The notes under the pieces are model-generated. The model saw nothing but the letters and a program-made list of their open reading frames with translations. It was not told the origin of the DNA and searched no databases. From an uncultured Rivularia sp. (GTDB taxonomy: Bacteria; Cyanobacteriota; Cyanobacteriia; Cyanobacteriales; Nostocaceae), in contig OY762007.1 of the NCBI GenBank assembly GCA_963665115.1, forward strand, positions 5,152,001 through 5,216,000: a stretch of 64,000 nt of DNA, in the 5' to 3' direction. Both the position numbers and the translations under genes were made by a program. This document shows, one piece after another, positions 1 through 11,406 of this stretch (the stretch's first letter is position 1; the number at the start of each line of letters is the position of its first letter).

Positions 1-2
1 TG

Positions 3-1568
3 ATTGCTGTTGACTCAAGACTTGGGCATCTGCTGCAAATTGACCCCTCAAATGACAATACAAGAATCATAAATTCCCATCAAACGCCAGAATTTATGGA
101 TGTCACGGGTCTGGCGCTGTGGGAAGATACCTTATGGGTTACGCGAGACAATAGCGTTTATTCGTGTAAATTAGATTCTTTAGGTTTAGAACTTTTTGCT
201 ACTTTACCTTATCCTGCCGACGGTGTAGCGGTTAGGGATTCCACCGTTTACGTTAGTTGCGAAAAGCTTGGTAAAATACTTGTTTACAATCGAAATACAG
301 GTAAAGAAATTGCTAGATTTTATGCTCCTGGTGTGGGAGTAGAAAACTTAGCTGTTACCGAAGAAACCCTTTTAGTTTGCGATACCGTAGAACAATCAGT
401 TTACTTCCTTGATAGAGCCACAGGTGAAATTCAATTCAGCGTACTTACCCCCTTTGAATCTCCCACGGGGATAGCAGTACATACCGATTCTTCAAGCAAA
501 AAACAAAGTATTTACGTATCTTATTCATCTGAAGAACCCTACATCCGAGACAACCCCAACGCAGAACCAAACCACGAACTAACCTATCGCGATCGCGCTT
601 TTATTCATCCCCTCAATTACCATTTCAGTCGGGAAAAACGCACCGCTGTTTCTAACGGTTATCTGCTGGAAATGTCTTACGTAGAACAAATAGACCCTTT
701 AGAAGAGGTTTATTTACATAATTTAGAATGGCGCATCGCTCTACCTTCAGAAACCGAACGTCAAAAGGTAATAAAGGTTGAAGCAGTTGGTTTACCCTTC
801 ACTGAAGAAATAATTGATGGGCAACGGGTAGCTTTATTTAAATTTGAAACTTTAGCCCCCGGAGAACGTCACCTGTTGGGTTGGAAAGCTATTTTAGAAG
901 TACGTTCTATCAAATATCGTCTGACTCCACGCGACGTAGAGAACGCTCAAACACTACCAACAGAATTTATAAATCGTTACTTAATTGATGATGACGACTT
1001 AGCAATGCATACCCCTATTGTTCGCGAAGCAGCAATCGAAGCAGTAGGCAGCGAAACTAATTTGTTGCGAAAAATGTACAACATTCGTAACTATGTTTAC
1101 GACAAATTGTCTTACAGCATTAAACCTCATATCGATACCCCAGACATTGTTTTAGAACGCGGTACTGGTTCCTGCGGTGAATACGTAGGCTTATTGTTAG
1201 CCCTGTGTCGATTAAACGGTATCGCTTGCCGTACAGTAGGACGCTACAAATGTCCCCCCTATGCAGAGAACAAAGGCATTCCCTTACAGCCAGACTACAA
1301 CCATGTTTGGCTAGAATTTTACATCCCCGGCTTCGGTTGGCTGCCAATGGAATCCAACCCCGATGATGTCGGACGTGATGGTCCTCATCCTACACGCTAT
1401 TTCATGGGCTTAAGCTGGTTTCACGTAGAAATCGGTAAAGGAATTTCCTTTGAAACATTAAGCTCCGAAGGAAAACGCATCGAAAAAGAACAAGCTTCTA
1501 TTGGTGAATTAGCAATAAACCATATTCGCTTCACCATACTCGAAGAATTACCACCAATTGAAGATTAA
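3..1568 (+). CDS. Transglutaminase-like domain protein with N-terminal beta-propeller-like region (5' end outside window)
   Basis: GSCGEY...LCR...G...HVWLEFY...GWLPME transglutaminase-like motif. The frame stays open upstream of the ATG at 96 to the window edge (IAVDSRLGHLLQIDP...). Confidence 0.85.
   Translation: MAVDSRLGHLLQIDPSNDNTRIINSHQTPEFMDVTGLALWEDTLWVTRDNSVYSCKLDSLGLELFATLPYPADGVAVRDSTVYVSCEKLGKILVYNRNTGKEIARFYAPGVGVENLAVTEETLLVCDTVEQSVYFLDRATGEIQFSVLTPFESPTGIAVHTDSSSKKQSIYVSYSSEEPYIRDNPNAEPNHELTYRDRAFIHPLNYHFSREKRTAVSNGYLLEMSYVEQIDPLEEVYLHNLEWRIALPSETERQKVIKVEAVGLPFTEEIIDGQRVALFKFETLAPGERHLLGWKAILEVRSIKYRLTPRDVENAQTLPTEFINRYLIDDDDLAMHTPIVREAAIEAVGSETNLLRKMYNIRNYVYDKLSYSIKPHIDTPDIVLERGTGSCGEYVGLLLALCRLNGIACRTVGRYKCPPYAENKGIPLQPDYNHVWLEFYIPGFGWLPMESNPDDVGRDGPHPTRYFMGLSWFHVEIGKGISFETLSSEGKRIEKEQASIGELAINHIRFTILEELPPIED
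589..596. repeat. HIP1 octamer GCGATCGC (example copy; many more occur across the window)
   Basis: The exact palindrome recurs in coding regions throughout the window and is a cyanobacterial hallmark. Confidence 0.9.
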
Positions 1569-2041
1569 TTAGAGATATAGGGAGTTGGGAGTGCGAGCCG
1601 GAAAGCTCCCTCTTCTTCCCATCTTCACTCGCAAACAATTTAAAATTTCCTAACTAAGCTTCATCATCTCTTTACTACACGAACCAAGTTTTTTTGTAAT
1701 TTGAAACAAAAGGCTATATATTTTTCAGATGTATCAAAATATTTTTGAAATCTACACATAAATCAGTATTTTTGCTCACGATTATTTAGTAGATTAAGGG
1801 AAATAATGCGAAGAGAGAATATTTATTCTTGGAAGTATTTAATCTGAGTTTTCGGGTGCAGTTCTCTCAGCTAAAAACTAATGCTGAGTGTTTGGTGTTA
1901 TGTAAAAGCAAGAACATTCTTGGTAATCATATTCTATATATAGAATTACCTTGAATATTGTCAAGCGATCGGTAAAAATCATTTTAAAATATCGAAGCAT
2001 TTGCTGATATTGCTGAATTTATAGGAAACGGTAATAAAAAC

Positions 2042-3325
2042 GTGACTTTTTCTGTCAACCCTAATCTCTACAAACGTGATTCTACAAAACAACAGGTATA
2101 TCAACATCTGTTTGATTTGGTGCAGTTGCGATCGCCCTCGGAGACAATTGAATGCTTTCGGAATTTGTTTATCGAAGGTACAAATTATTCTGAAAGAGGA
2201 ATTTTATCTGCATTAGACGAAATTACAGCATCAAAAAAATCTCAAAGAGAATTTAATTTTTTTCTAAACCGTTGCTGCCATATTTTAATTAATCGTTGGT
2301 ATATGCAGCCTCAAATGCATTATGCTATATATCAATTAATTTCTACTTTTAATAATCCTCCTTCCAGAAACAGAATTATTACTTCGCGTAACAAATCCAT
2401 CAGACGCTTACACGAATTGGTAAGAGTTTTTCTCAAAAGCGAACAGTATTCTACCTTACAGCGTCTTGCTCAAGTTATAAATCAAACCGCATATTCTGGA
2501 TCTAATCATAAAAATCAGTCCTTAGTAAGTTTAATTCGTCGATATCCTTACTTACACGAACAATGTTTGCTTAGTGAAGATTCAACTATTGAGCATCAGT
2601 GGATAGTAAAACAAATTCAAGCCCAGGTGCAAAAGAAATTTGAAATTGATTTATCTCAATATGTTACTTATCAAGTAAGACTTTCTCAAATAGAAAAAAA
2701 TAGCTCTAAATCGAGAAAGAATAGAATTATACATCCTGTAAACAATCCTACATTATTGAGCGATACTCAAGTAAATCTGGCCTTAAAAAGTTTTGTCGGT
2801 AAAGTTGAAGGTGAAAGTAGTTATAGAGATTTAGCGCACAATTTTTTACATTACAGCAGTCAAGCAACTACTTTGCGTGCTTATAAAGACGATTTATACG
2901 AATATCTCATATCTGGAATTGACTGGGAATATGGAAAACGCCAATTTCATCAGCGATTATATACTCAATTGCAAAATACTTTACCGCAAGCAGATTCTCA
3001 GAAAGTTAACGATTTTTTGATAGTTAGAACTTGCACCCAATTACTTAATTTCTTAGTAATAGAAAGTTCTTCATCACCCCAGCATTTTACCTTTATTGAT
3101 TTAATTACCAGTCAAGGTTCAATTCGCGCAATAGGAATATTATTAAAAATTATTTTAATTTGCCGAAAATCCAAACCTTATTTAGCCAAGCGTTTTGCTA
3201 TTTTGTTCAATCATTATGAATCAGCAACTACTGCCAGTATTGATTGGTTAGTAGAATCATTGGAAGAATTGAATATCGCCTTAAGCATTCATTTCGGCAA
3301 CATTGATTTATCTTATTTAAAATAA
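2042..3325 (+). CDS. Conserved cyanobacterial hypothetical protein
   Basis: 427-aa ORF with motifs FFLNRCCHILINRW, IRRYPYL and RFAILFNHYE; no function recognised. Confidence 0.75.
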   Translation: MTFSVNPNLYKRDSTKQQVYQHLFDLVQLRSPSETIECFRNLFIEGTNYSERGILSALDEITASKKSQREFNFFLNRCCHILINRWYMQPQMHYAIYQLISTFNNPPSRNRIITSRNKSIRRLHELVRVFLKSEQYSTLQRLAQVINQTAYSGSNHKNQSLVSLIRRYPYLHEQCLLSEDSTIEHQWIVKQIQAQVQKKFEIDLSQYVTYQVRLSQIEKNSSKSRKNRIIHPVNNPTLLSDTQVNLALKSFVGKVEGESSYRDLAHNFLHYSSQATTLRAYKDDLYEYLISGIDWEYGKRQFHQRLYTQLQNTLPQADSQKVNDFLIVRTCTQLLNFLVIESSSSPQHFTFIDLITSQGSIRAIGILLKIILICRKSKPYLAKRFAILFNHYESATTASIDWLVESLEELNIALSIHFGNIDLSYLK

Positions 3326-3465
3326 GTTGGAATTGGTAATTGGGCATTGGTAATTGTAAATTGATCATTGGTATCTAATCATTTATTTACTATTTTCAGT
3401 ACAATCTATGAGGTATTTATAAAAAACAGTCGAGTAAAATGAAAAATAAAAATAGCTAAAATAAT

Positions 3466-3810
3466 ATGGGCAGACTGTTAATCAAATTTATCGGGTTAAT
3501 TCTATTATTAATCGGCATTTACTATTTGGGTCAAAATATTATCTTTACAAGTACTTATTCTCAATATTTCTATAAAAGCTTGCCAGCAGTTGGTTCTGTT
3601 TTAGCAGTTTTAGGTGGTGTGTTATCACTAGTATTTTTTCGCAGAGAAACTGGTAACTTCGGCTGGATTTTACTTACCATCGGCATAATATTAGTTTTCT
3701 TAAGTGGAGGAGTTCTTTTAAAACCAACTAGTTTATGGAATTTCTTTATTAGTTTTGGTTCAATTGCAGTTGGATATAAGTTCTTAAATCAAGGAAGAAT
3801 AAATTTTTAA
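3466..3810 (+). CDS. Small multi-pass membrane protein, hypothetical
   Basis: 114 aa with about 4 hydrophobic segments. Confidence 0.75.
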   Translation: MGRLLIKFIGLILLLIGIYYLGQNIIFTSTYSQYFYKSLPAVGSVLAVLGGVLSLVFFRRETGNFGWILLTIGIILVFLSGGVLLKPTSLWNFFISFGSIAVGYKFLNQGRINF

Positions 3811-3834
3811 ATACTGTTAATCTCTCAAATACAG

Positions 3835-3868
3835 AGAAACCCGGTTTTTCCAAAAAACCGGGTTTCTT
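3835..3868. repeat. GAAACCCGG-loop-CCGGGTTTC palindromic repeat (likely bidirectional terminator); related copies near 10113, 11148, 39818, 53822 and 60228
   Basis: Inverted repeat between convergent genes; the family recurs just downstream of stop codons. Confidence 0.75.
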
Positions 3869-3878
3869 AATTTTATAC

Positions 3879-4697
3879 CTAATCCCCATCATTTGAAAAT
3901 TCACAAATAGATTGAAACGGACAAAAACGACAGTGATAACCGGGATTAGCAGGAAATATCGCACTAAAATTTTTTGTATTTTGACGATATTTTTGTAAAT
4001 CTTGTTGATGCTTCTCGGCAATATAGCCCAAATGGAATTCAATTAATTTTAATTCACTACTGCTAACAGTAATCACGTGGGACTTTTTACCCATCTCCAA
4101 ATTATAAAATGAGGCGATCGCCTGATATTTAGGATAAAGATAACTTGCTGCAAGTAAATAAACTAATGCTTGTCGGCGGTCAAAAGGAGATTTACCAGTT
4201 TTAAAATCTATAATATGTAGTATGTTATCAGATTCGTTTAAAACGCAGTCCATCGTTGCATACAAGCGAAAATTATAATGCTCGCGTTCGATAAAAATCG
4301 GTTTGGGAAAGCCTTCATCCCCGCGAGTTAGCAACATGATGCGCTTATCTAAAAGTAAAGGCGCATCTTGATATTTTTTGAGAATTTTTCGCACTCGTTG
4401 CTGGATTTCATCGGCCAAATTTCCTAATTTTAAAAGCCGTGCAACTTTTTCTACCCCATCAACAGAATTAAGAAGATTTCTATTGTGGTGAAACTCATAA
4501 ACACCCTTTTGTGCCAGCAAACCGATACGCTGCGATGCAGTGACTTTCGTCTTTAATAAAGCCTTGACTTTCGGTTCATCTTGCCGCGCTTTTATAAATC
4601 CCCTTTTCATTTGACAGTGCCAGCGTTGTTGCCCTGATGCCGGGGCAATTAAACTCCACAAATTATAGCTGGCGAAAAGTCTTATAGGGCTTGACAT
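3879..4697 (-). CDS. PD-(D/E)XK nuclease, Cas4/AddB-like, with predicted 4Fe-4S cluster
   Basis: D...IIDFKTG and Q...Y motifs; one N-terminal Cys (WHCQ) plus C-terminal CRFC-x5-C. Confidence 0.85.
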   Translation of the reverse strand: MSSPIRLFASYNLWSLIAPASGQQRWHCQMKRGFIKARQDEPKVKALLKTKVTASQRIGLLAQKGVYEFHHNRNLLNSVDGVEKVARLLKLGNLADEIQQRVRKILKKYQDAPLLLDKRIMLLTRGDEGFPKPIFIEREHYNFRLYATMDCVLNESDNILHIIDFKTGKSPFDRRQALVYLLAASYLYPKYQAIASFYNLEMGKKSHVITVSSSELKLIEFHLGYIAEKHQQDLQKYRQNTKNFSAIFPANPGYHCRFCPFQSICEFSNDGD

Positions 4698-5219
4698 TAC
4701 GATAGCAGCGGTAATTAAAATGCAAGGCTTAAGTATTAACTACAGGCAAAATTTGGACATTTTCGTATGGTTTTGATATCAAATACCAACCGATTGTCCA
4801 AAACCGGACTATATTAAACTCTCTTACACCCCGCTCAATTTAATTAAATTTCATAAGTCCAGTTAAAGGTAAAGCACTTGGGAATTATATTCTAACTTTT
4901 AATATAGGTCTGGATGTTACAGAGCTTTTTATTTACTAAAATACTAAATCTTTAATCAAATTAGCTTTCATCTATAATGACTGGGATTTTTGTAAGTAGA
5001 ACTAAAAAGCTATAAAAGTTTAGATTGACAATAAAAAACCTTCTAACAGTGGCTGGGTAGCTATTAGAGATACTGTTACGAAGTCAAGAAGGCAACGCTA
5101 TCTTATGACTTGCATATCGAATCTAAAATTCTGCTGTAATATTAAAGATAAAAATTAAAGCACCGGATTATTTGATTAATAAACCTCGCACATCCATAAG
5201 TGAAGAATGTGTATTTTTT

Positions 5220-5498
5220 ATGAAAACAACTGTAAACCTGCTTTTATCAATAATTGTAGCCTTGTGGATAATGGCGATCGCCGTCGTCTCAGTGCAAAAT
5301 GCCACCCCAGTTTCGTTAAGATTTCTCACATTTGAATCAATTCAAATTCCAGTCGGGTTACTACTGACTTTTTTTGTAGCAGCAGGAATGATTGCAACTG
5401 CTCTAGTGCAACCTCTATTGTTTAGAAAAAATTCAAAACAAAGCGCTTCTCGGCGATATGAAGATGATGCCGAATTTTTCGTCGATGAAGATTTTTAA
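5220..5498 (+). CDS. LapA/DUF1049-family small membrane protein
   Basis: Two TM segments around SVQNATPVSLRFL...IQIPVG. Confidence 0.75.
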   Translation: MKTTVNLLLSIIVALWIMAIAVVSVQNATPVSLRFLTFESIQIPVGLLLTFFVAAGMIATALVQPLLFRKNSKQSASRRYEDDAEFFVDEDF

Positions 5499-5608
5499 AC
5501 TATTACAAATGTTCTTAACAAAAGCTCGTAGTAAGGGCTTTAGCTCTAAATCCAACCAATAAATAGCTGACTACGAACCTAATTGGTAATTGATAATTGA
5601 TCGTTGAA

Positions 5609-8540
5609 TCACTTCGCTTCCATCCAGTTATTACCTGCTTTTGCTTCTACCAGTAAAGGAACGCTTAATTCTACAGCATTTTCCATCACCGATTTTATCT
5701 GGATTTGTAATTCTTCCAATTCTTCAGGAGGAACTTCAAAAATCAATTCATCATGAACTTGTAACAACAATCTGGCTTGATAATTTTGCAAAAGTGCGTG
5801 TATTTTTATCGAAGCAATTTTGATAATATCGGCGCTAGAACCTTGAATTGGTGCATTAGCAGCAGAACGTAATAATCCCGCATCGTAAGGACCTAAATTC
5901 TTCAATTTACTCAGATCGATGTCTTCTGGCGGGACGTTTTTTTTCTCAACCAAATTTCTACTGGTAAAGTCTACATAGCGTCTGCGCCCTAAAATTGTCT
6001 CTACATAACCTTGAGAAATTGCTTGTTTTTTCAAACCTTCCAAAAATTCAAAAACTTTGGGATATCGACTGTAAAATCTTTTAATAAATTCATTGGCAAG
6101 ATTTTTATCTATACCAGTTGAACGAGAAAATCTCAACGAACCCATCCCGTAAATTACGCCGAAGTTAATAGTCTTTGCGACTCGTCTTTCATCTGATGTA
6201 ATATCATCTTTTTCATATACCAACCGCGCAGTCACGGTGTGTATATCTTCATTATTGTTATAAGCTTCCACTAAAACTGGTTCTTGACTCAGATGAGCCA
6301 AAATTCGTAACTCAATTTGCGAGTAATCCGCAGCTACTATCAACCAACCTTCTTCGGGGATAAATGCTTTACGAATTTGACGGCTAAAAGCTGTACGAAT
6401 CGGAATATTTTGTAAGTTTGGATTGGAAGAAGATAGCCTTCCAGTTGACGTAGCTGTTTGATTGAAATCTGTATGTACCCGCTTCGTATCTTCGCGTACT
6501 AAAGCTGGAAGTGCATCTACATAAGTAGACTTCAATTTAGATAAAGTCCGGTATTCAATAATGCCTTCAATAATCCCAGTTTCATCGTCCTCTTGCAGCT
6601 TTTCTAAAGTTGCCGCATCTGTAGAATATCCGGTTTTTATTTTACGAGAATACTTTTTATTTAAACCTAATTTATCAAATAATATTTGGCTCAACTGTTT
6701 GGGAGAACCTAGATTAAATTTTTCTCCAGCAATTTCCTGTACCTGTATTTCCAACTTATTTAAATCTGTTTCCAACTGCTGCGAAAGTTCGTTTAAATAA
6801 GCTGAATCGATGCGGATTCCTTGATATTCCATATCCGCTAAAACTTCTTCTAGCGGCTGTTCTACTTCCAACAAAAGTTTTGATAAACGGGGAAAATTAT
6901 TTAATTCTTCTCGCAGTTTTGCGACTAACCCAAACGTGGTATAAGCATCCATACCACAGTAATCTGCTACCTCAGAAATGCTAACATCCGCAATAGTTTG
7001 ACCTTTTGGAACTAACTCAACGTAACTTTTAGCCATCAAACCCAAGTATTTTTGAGAAAGTTCGCTCAAACCGTGACTGCTATCGGGATTAAGAACGTAA
7101 CTTGCTAACATCGAGTCGAATATTACCCCTGCAATGTTAATTCCCTGACATCGCAAAACCAAACGGTCAAATTTAGTATTTTGAAAAGCTTTTGGATAAT
7201 CGGCACTTTCTAAAATTGGACGTAGCGCTTCCAAAGCAATATTTTTATCCAGATTATTCCCGTTTTTATGTCCGACAGGAATATAAGCAACTTCTTTTTC
7301 TTCAGTTTCCCCAACAACAGCCAATTCCAACTAAATCAGCATCTCGCGGTTCTAAATCTGTAGTTTCGGTATCCCAAGCAACGGGAGTTTCGGCACTTGT
7401 AAATTTTTTGAGTATTTTAATTAATTCTTTAAGTTTCGCTTCTGTATCAATAATCAGCGGTTCAATTGGTGAAGCATTTTGTTTTTGGGATTCTTCTGTA
7501 TCTTTAGCACTCCAAAACCATAAATCATTATCTTCAACTTCTACAACTTCCGCTTGTGCAATTTCTTCTACATCACCGCCAAATTTTTGCTGAAGCTGAT
7601 TAATTTTTTTCAGAAAAGAACTAAATTCCAACTTTTCTAAAATTGGTTTGAGTTCGCTATTCTCAAAACCTTTTAATTTGCACTCTTCTAAATCAACTTC
7701 TAAGGGAACATCTTCAACTATTTTCGCCAAAAACTTCGATTTATCAGCGTCTTCTTTTCCTGCTTGGAGTTTCTTTTGAGTTGCGCCTTTAATTTCATCT
7801 AAAGACTGATAAACTTTGTCCAGAGTACCGTAAGTATCGAGCAACTGTACTGCTGTTTTCTCTCCAATTCCCTTCACACCGGGAATATTATCCGATTTAT
7901 CGCCGCAAAGCGCTTTAAAATCGACAACTTGAGTTGGTAAAACCCCTAATTTTTCCTTAACTTCTTCCGAATGAAATTCTTTTAATCCTTTACTCGAACG
8001 CTGTAGAGATTCCTTATTCAAATACAGAACGCTAATTTGCTTATCTTTATCAACTAACTGAAATAAATCTCTGTCCCCAGTCAGGATTTTAACTTGATAT
8101 CCCGCCTTAGATGCCTTTTGCGCTAAAGTTCCTAAAACATCATCTGCTTCAAAACCAGCAGCAGTCAAAATTGGTAAATTTAATCCCGTGAGTAATTCGT
8201 GGAGATTTTCCAAATCGGGAATAAAATCTTCTGGGGTTCCCGGACGATCGGCTTTATAGGTATCATCAGCTTGATGGCGAAAAGTTGGTAAACCCAAATC
8301 AAAAGCAACGGCGATCGCTTCAGGTTGCTGCTTTTCCATTACTTCCAGCAAAGACTTAATAAAGCCAAAACACACGCTGGTAGGTATACCAGTTTTGGTA
8401 CGAAGCCCACCATCTCGCCCTTTTGCGAAAGCGAAATAAGAACGAAACGCCAGAGAATGTCCGTCAACCAAGACGAATGTGGGATTTTTAGGAGAACTTA
8501 TATCGGAAGTCAACTGATTAGAACGTGTAATTAAGGACAT
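5609..8540 (-). CDS. polA: DNA polymerase I, split by a single-base frameshift at ~7306-7312
   Basis: 5'-3' exonuclease motifs (LVDGHSLAFR, GFEADD, GDKSDNIPGV) in 7302..8540. Polymerase motifs (TGRLSSSNPNLQNIP, ADYSQIELR, LLQVHDEL) in 5609..7330. Removing one base gives GIGCCWGTEEKEVAYIP. Confidence 0.95.
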
Positions 8541-8679
8541 CTATTTATTTTAAACAGTTGCCTCACTTTTGGAACATTTGTTTTAGTCCATATGTAAAAT
8601 TTTTGGTTTGCCACAGCAAAACATCATACTGGCAACTCCCAGAAACTTACTATTCCGCCACATTAATTTTGCGAGGTTT

Positions 8680-8733
8680 GTAGTAGCGCTTCAGCGCATC
8701 CGGATTCTAGATGCGCTGAAGCGCTACTACGAA
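8680..8733. repeat. GTAG-type REP-like palindrome
   Basis: gtagtagcgcttcagcgcatc...gatgcgctgaagcgctactac; related copies at ~5527 and ~54647. Confidence 0.75.
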
Positions 8734-9230
8734 CTAACTTCTTTTTTTACCCCTCATAACTTTTTACGGCAAGTACTACTTCTTTACCTACTCCTTATTT
8801 GCCTTGTGCAACATATGAGATGTCCCATAACAACTACAAAAGAACAATAATTTCCCACAAACCGGATTTACTTACGTAATGCTCAAATATGATTTTCTAA
8901 TTAAGCGTTTGTGAAAAACCTAATTTATTGGCTAGATGCAGCATATAACTAAAGTTTCTTTATAAATATCAATATTATCTTTATCAAATTTATAAATATT
9001 TTTTGCATTCATGAGTTATTCGATTCTGCTGCTAAAGCTGCATTCTATATCTATTTTTATTCAACTTAAAACTAGCTTCAAAATCAACTAAATTTAGCAT
9101 TCCTAAACTTTAAATATTAATCGGGATGTTCGCGGATGTGAACTTTAGGGCTAATAGAACACAATTAAAACATGAAGCGCAAAACAAATTGCTTCAATAA
9201 AAAGAGAAGTTTTAAAGAGAAGGCAAAAAA

Positions 9231-10067
9231 ATGAAATTTAATAAATTAGTTGCTTCTATTGGTTTAACAGTTGGTTCAGTTTTATTTGTTTCTAACTCCG
9301 CTCAAGCAGCAAGTTTTACAAGTGACGTGAATATCACTAATGGTACTACAGGCGATGTGATTTTAAACTCTATTACACAAAAAGATGATAACTACATAGA
9401 CCACACATTTAGTAACTTTTCCTATGTTGAAAGTGTGAATAGCTTTAGTAATACTGACTACACAGGAGGAAATTCCGGCGCTGCAAGTACAGAGAAAGGT
9501 GATTCAGTTGGCGGTATAGACACAAACGAAGATCCTACTAAAGGTGAAATCGCCGATTTCTTGGGAGATAATAACTTGAATAGAATTATTGATGGCGAAG
9601 GTCGTACGTTTAGCATGGATATTAAATTTGATAGTTTGATTGCAGAAGATAATAGCAAATTAGATAGCTTATTTTTCTGGGAAAGAGGTATGAATAGTGA
9701 CTTAACTATTCAAGCTATAAATCAGGAAGGAACTCTTATTGGAAATGTAATGAGATTGAATAGGAAGAAAAAAGGAGACAGCAGCCAAGAATATGCTGGC
9801 TTCAAAATAAATACATTGGAAATTGGCCGTGCTCAAAAAGTTGGTTCTTGGGGAGTAAGTTTAGCCGAGTTGGGAGTTAATAATTTGAGAGGTGTTCGAG
9901 TCTCAGCAAACAGAAGTCATAGTGGTCCTGACTTCAAAGTAATTGCAAGACAAAGCTCCTCCGGAAAAGATTTTGTACAAGCCGCAAAAGTACCCGAACC
10001 TGGAACTATAGTTGGTTTAGGCTCTGTCGCAGCACTCGCTTTTATGCGTCGTCGTAAATCGAAATAA
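9231..10067 (+). CDS. PEP-CTERM exosortase-dependent surface protein (XDP2-like)
   Basis: Signal peptide ending AQA; C-terminal VPEPGTIVGLGSVAALAFMRRRKSK. Confidence 0.9.
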   Translation: MKFNKLVASIGLTVGSVLFVSNSAQAASFTSDVNITNGTTGDVILNSITQKDDNYIDHTFSNFSYVESVNSFSNTDYTGGNSGAASTEKGDSVGGIDTNEDPTKGEIADFLGDNNLNRIIDGEGRTFSMDIKFDSLIAEDNSKLDSLFFWERGMNSDLTIQAINQEGTLIGNVMRLNRKKKGDSSQEYAGFKINTLEIGRAQKVGSWGVSLAELGVNNLRGVRVSANRSHSGPDFKVIARQSSSGKDFVQAAKVPEPGTIVGLGSVAALAFMRRRKSK

Positions 10068-10236
10068 AGATTGACCAATAAATTAAAATATTAAGAATTT
10101 GAACTAGTAAGGAACCCGATTTTTTCAAAAAACCGGGTTTTTTAATTTTTACTCTTCCCCATTCCCCATTCCTAATTCCCAATTCCCCTGTTAATCTCTA
10201 ACTGGGAGTTAACCATATTAATTGGAATCTAACAGC

Positions 10237-11085
10237 ATGGGGAATACATCAGTCCAAGATATTAAATTACTAGTTTTAGATATCGATGGCACCATTGCCG
10301 GAGTTTCTAATAAAATCAGCAACCGTGTAATAGAAGCAGTTAAAGCAGTCCAAGCAAAAGGAATTCAAGTTGCGATCGCCACTGGTAGAATGTACTGTTC
10401 GGCTTTACACTACCACGCTCAAATCGGCTCTACTCTACCGTTGATAGCTTATCAGGGGGCTTGGATTCAAGATCCAGTTACTCAAAAAATTCACCAGCAT
10501 TTATCTGTTCCAAGAGAAGTAGCGTTAAAACTATTAGACTATTTTGAACAACCTTCTTTACGTCAGCTTTTATCCGTCCACTTCTATATAAATGACCAAC
10601 TTTACGTCCGAGAATTAACCGAAGAAACAAAAATCTACGGACAACGTTCTGGTATTACACCAATTCCAGTAGGTGACTTACGCTCGTGTTTAAGCAACGA
10701 ACCTACAAAAATTCTTGCTCTATGCCAAGACACGGAAGTTATCGACAAATTACTCGATAATTTGCGTCTGCAATATACCCCAGCAGAACTTTATCTAACT
10801 AAATCCGTAGCCACATTTTTTGAAGCAACTAATCCTTTAGTAAATAAAGGAGCTGCGGTACGCTATATAGCTGAAGAATTATTAGGCTTGCAAAGAACCA
10901 ACGTAATGACTGTTGGCGACAACTTTAACGATGTAGAAATGCTGGAGTATGCTGGTATCGGCGTAGCAATGGGTAGCGCACCGACTCAAGTTCAAGCTAT
11001 AGCAAACTGGGTAGCTCCCGATGTAGAGCAAGATGGAGTAGCCGCAGCAATTGAAAATTTTTTATTAGGAACTACCGGAAAATAA
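10237..11085 (+). CDS. Cof-type HAD-IIB hydrolase
   Basis: DIDGT, ATGR, NKG and GDNFNDVEML motifs. Confidence 0.9.
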   Translation: MGNTSVQDIKLLVLDIDGTIAGVSNKISNRVIEAVKAVQAKGIQVAIATGRMYCSALHYHAQIGSTLPLIAYQGAWIQDPVTQKIHQHLSVPREVALKLLDYFEQPSLRQLLSVHFYINDQLYVRELTEETKIYGQRSGITPIPVGDLRSCLSNEPTKILALCQDTEVIDKLLDNLRLQYTPAELYLTKSVATFFEATNPLVNKGAAVRYIAEELLGLQRTNVMTVGDNFNDVEMLEYAGIGVAMGSAPTQVQAIANWVAPDVEQDGVAAAIENFLLGTTGK

Positions 11086-11114
11086 CTTATAGCACTTTAA
11101 AAGTTTATTAAAAC

Positions 11115-11233
11115 TGATATCTTGCAGAATTCTCAACAAGCCTAAAGAAACCCGGTTTCTTGCTCATTGCACAACAAAATATTAATGCTTTCACCAAAAG
11201 AAACCCGGTTTCTCACACTGGTGCAAAATGTGA
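11115..11233. repeat. MITE-like element containing two AGAAACCCGGTTTCT palindromes
   Basis: Imperfect terminal inverted repeats (tgatatcttgca ... tgcaaaatgtga). Confidence 0.5.
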
Positions 11234-11335
11234 ATTAAAACTCTTGTGGGATAGGCATACTTGCCCGTCCTACTATATTTTTATCGGATAAAAACTGCTG
11301 TAAAAATTTCAAGAAGCGAATCAACGCTACGAAAT

Positions 11336-11399
11336 CAGAAAGGGCACCGACGACTGGCCGTGTTTCGTCTCGGTGCCCTTACTGGTTCGCTCCTCACAC
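11336..11399 (-). ncRNA. yfr2: Yfr2-family small RNA
   Basis: Minus strand reads GTGTGAGGAGCGAACCAGTAAGGGCACCGAGACGAAACACGGCCAGTCGTCGGTGCCCTTTC: conserved Yfr2 5' end, GAAACA loop and a long stem. Confidence 0.85.
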
Positions 11400-11406
11400 A
11401 AGGGTT

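Noticed and set aside
4860..5130. Possible decayed regulator gene divergent from the Cas4-like nuclease (fragment KALGNYIL)
   Set aside because: Only short fragments among stops; cannot be supported without a tBLASTn/BLASTx search.
8608..8850. 80-aa ORF, and TCCGGA at ~8699
   Set aside because: The ORF is largely a REP palindrome. The hexamer sits at the REP loop without a correctly spaced GTA.
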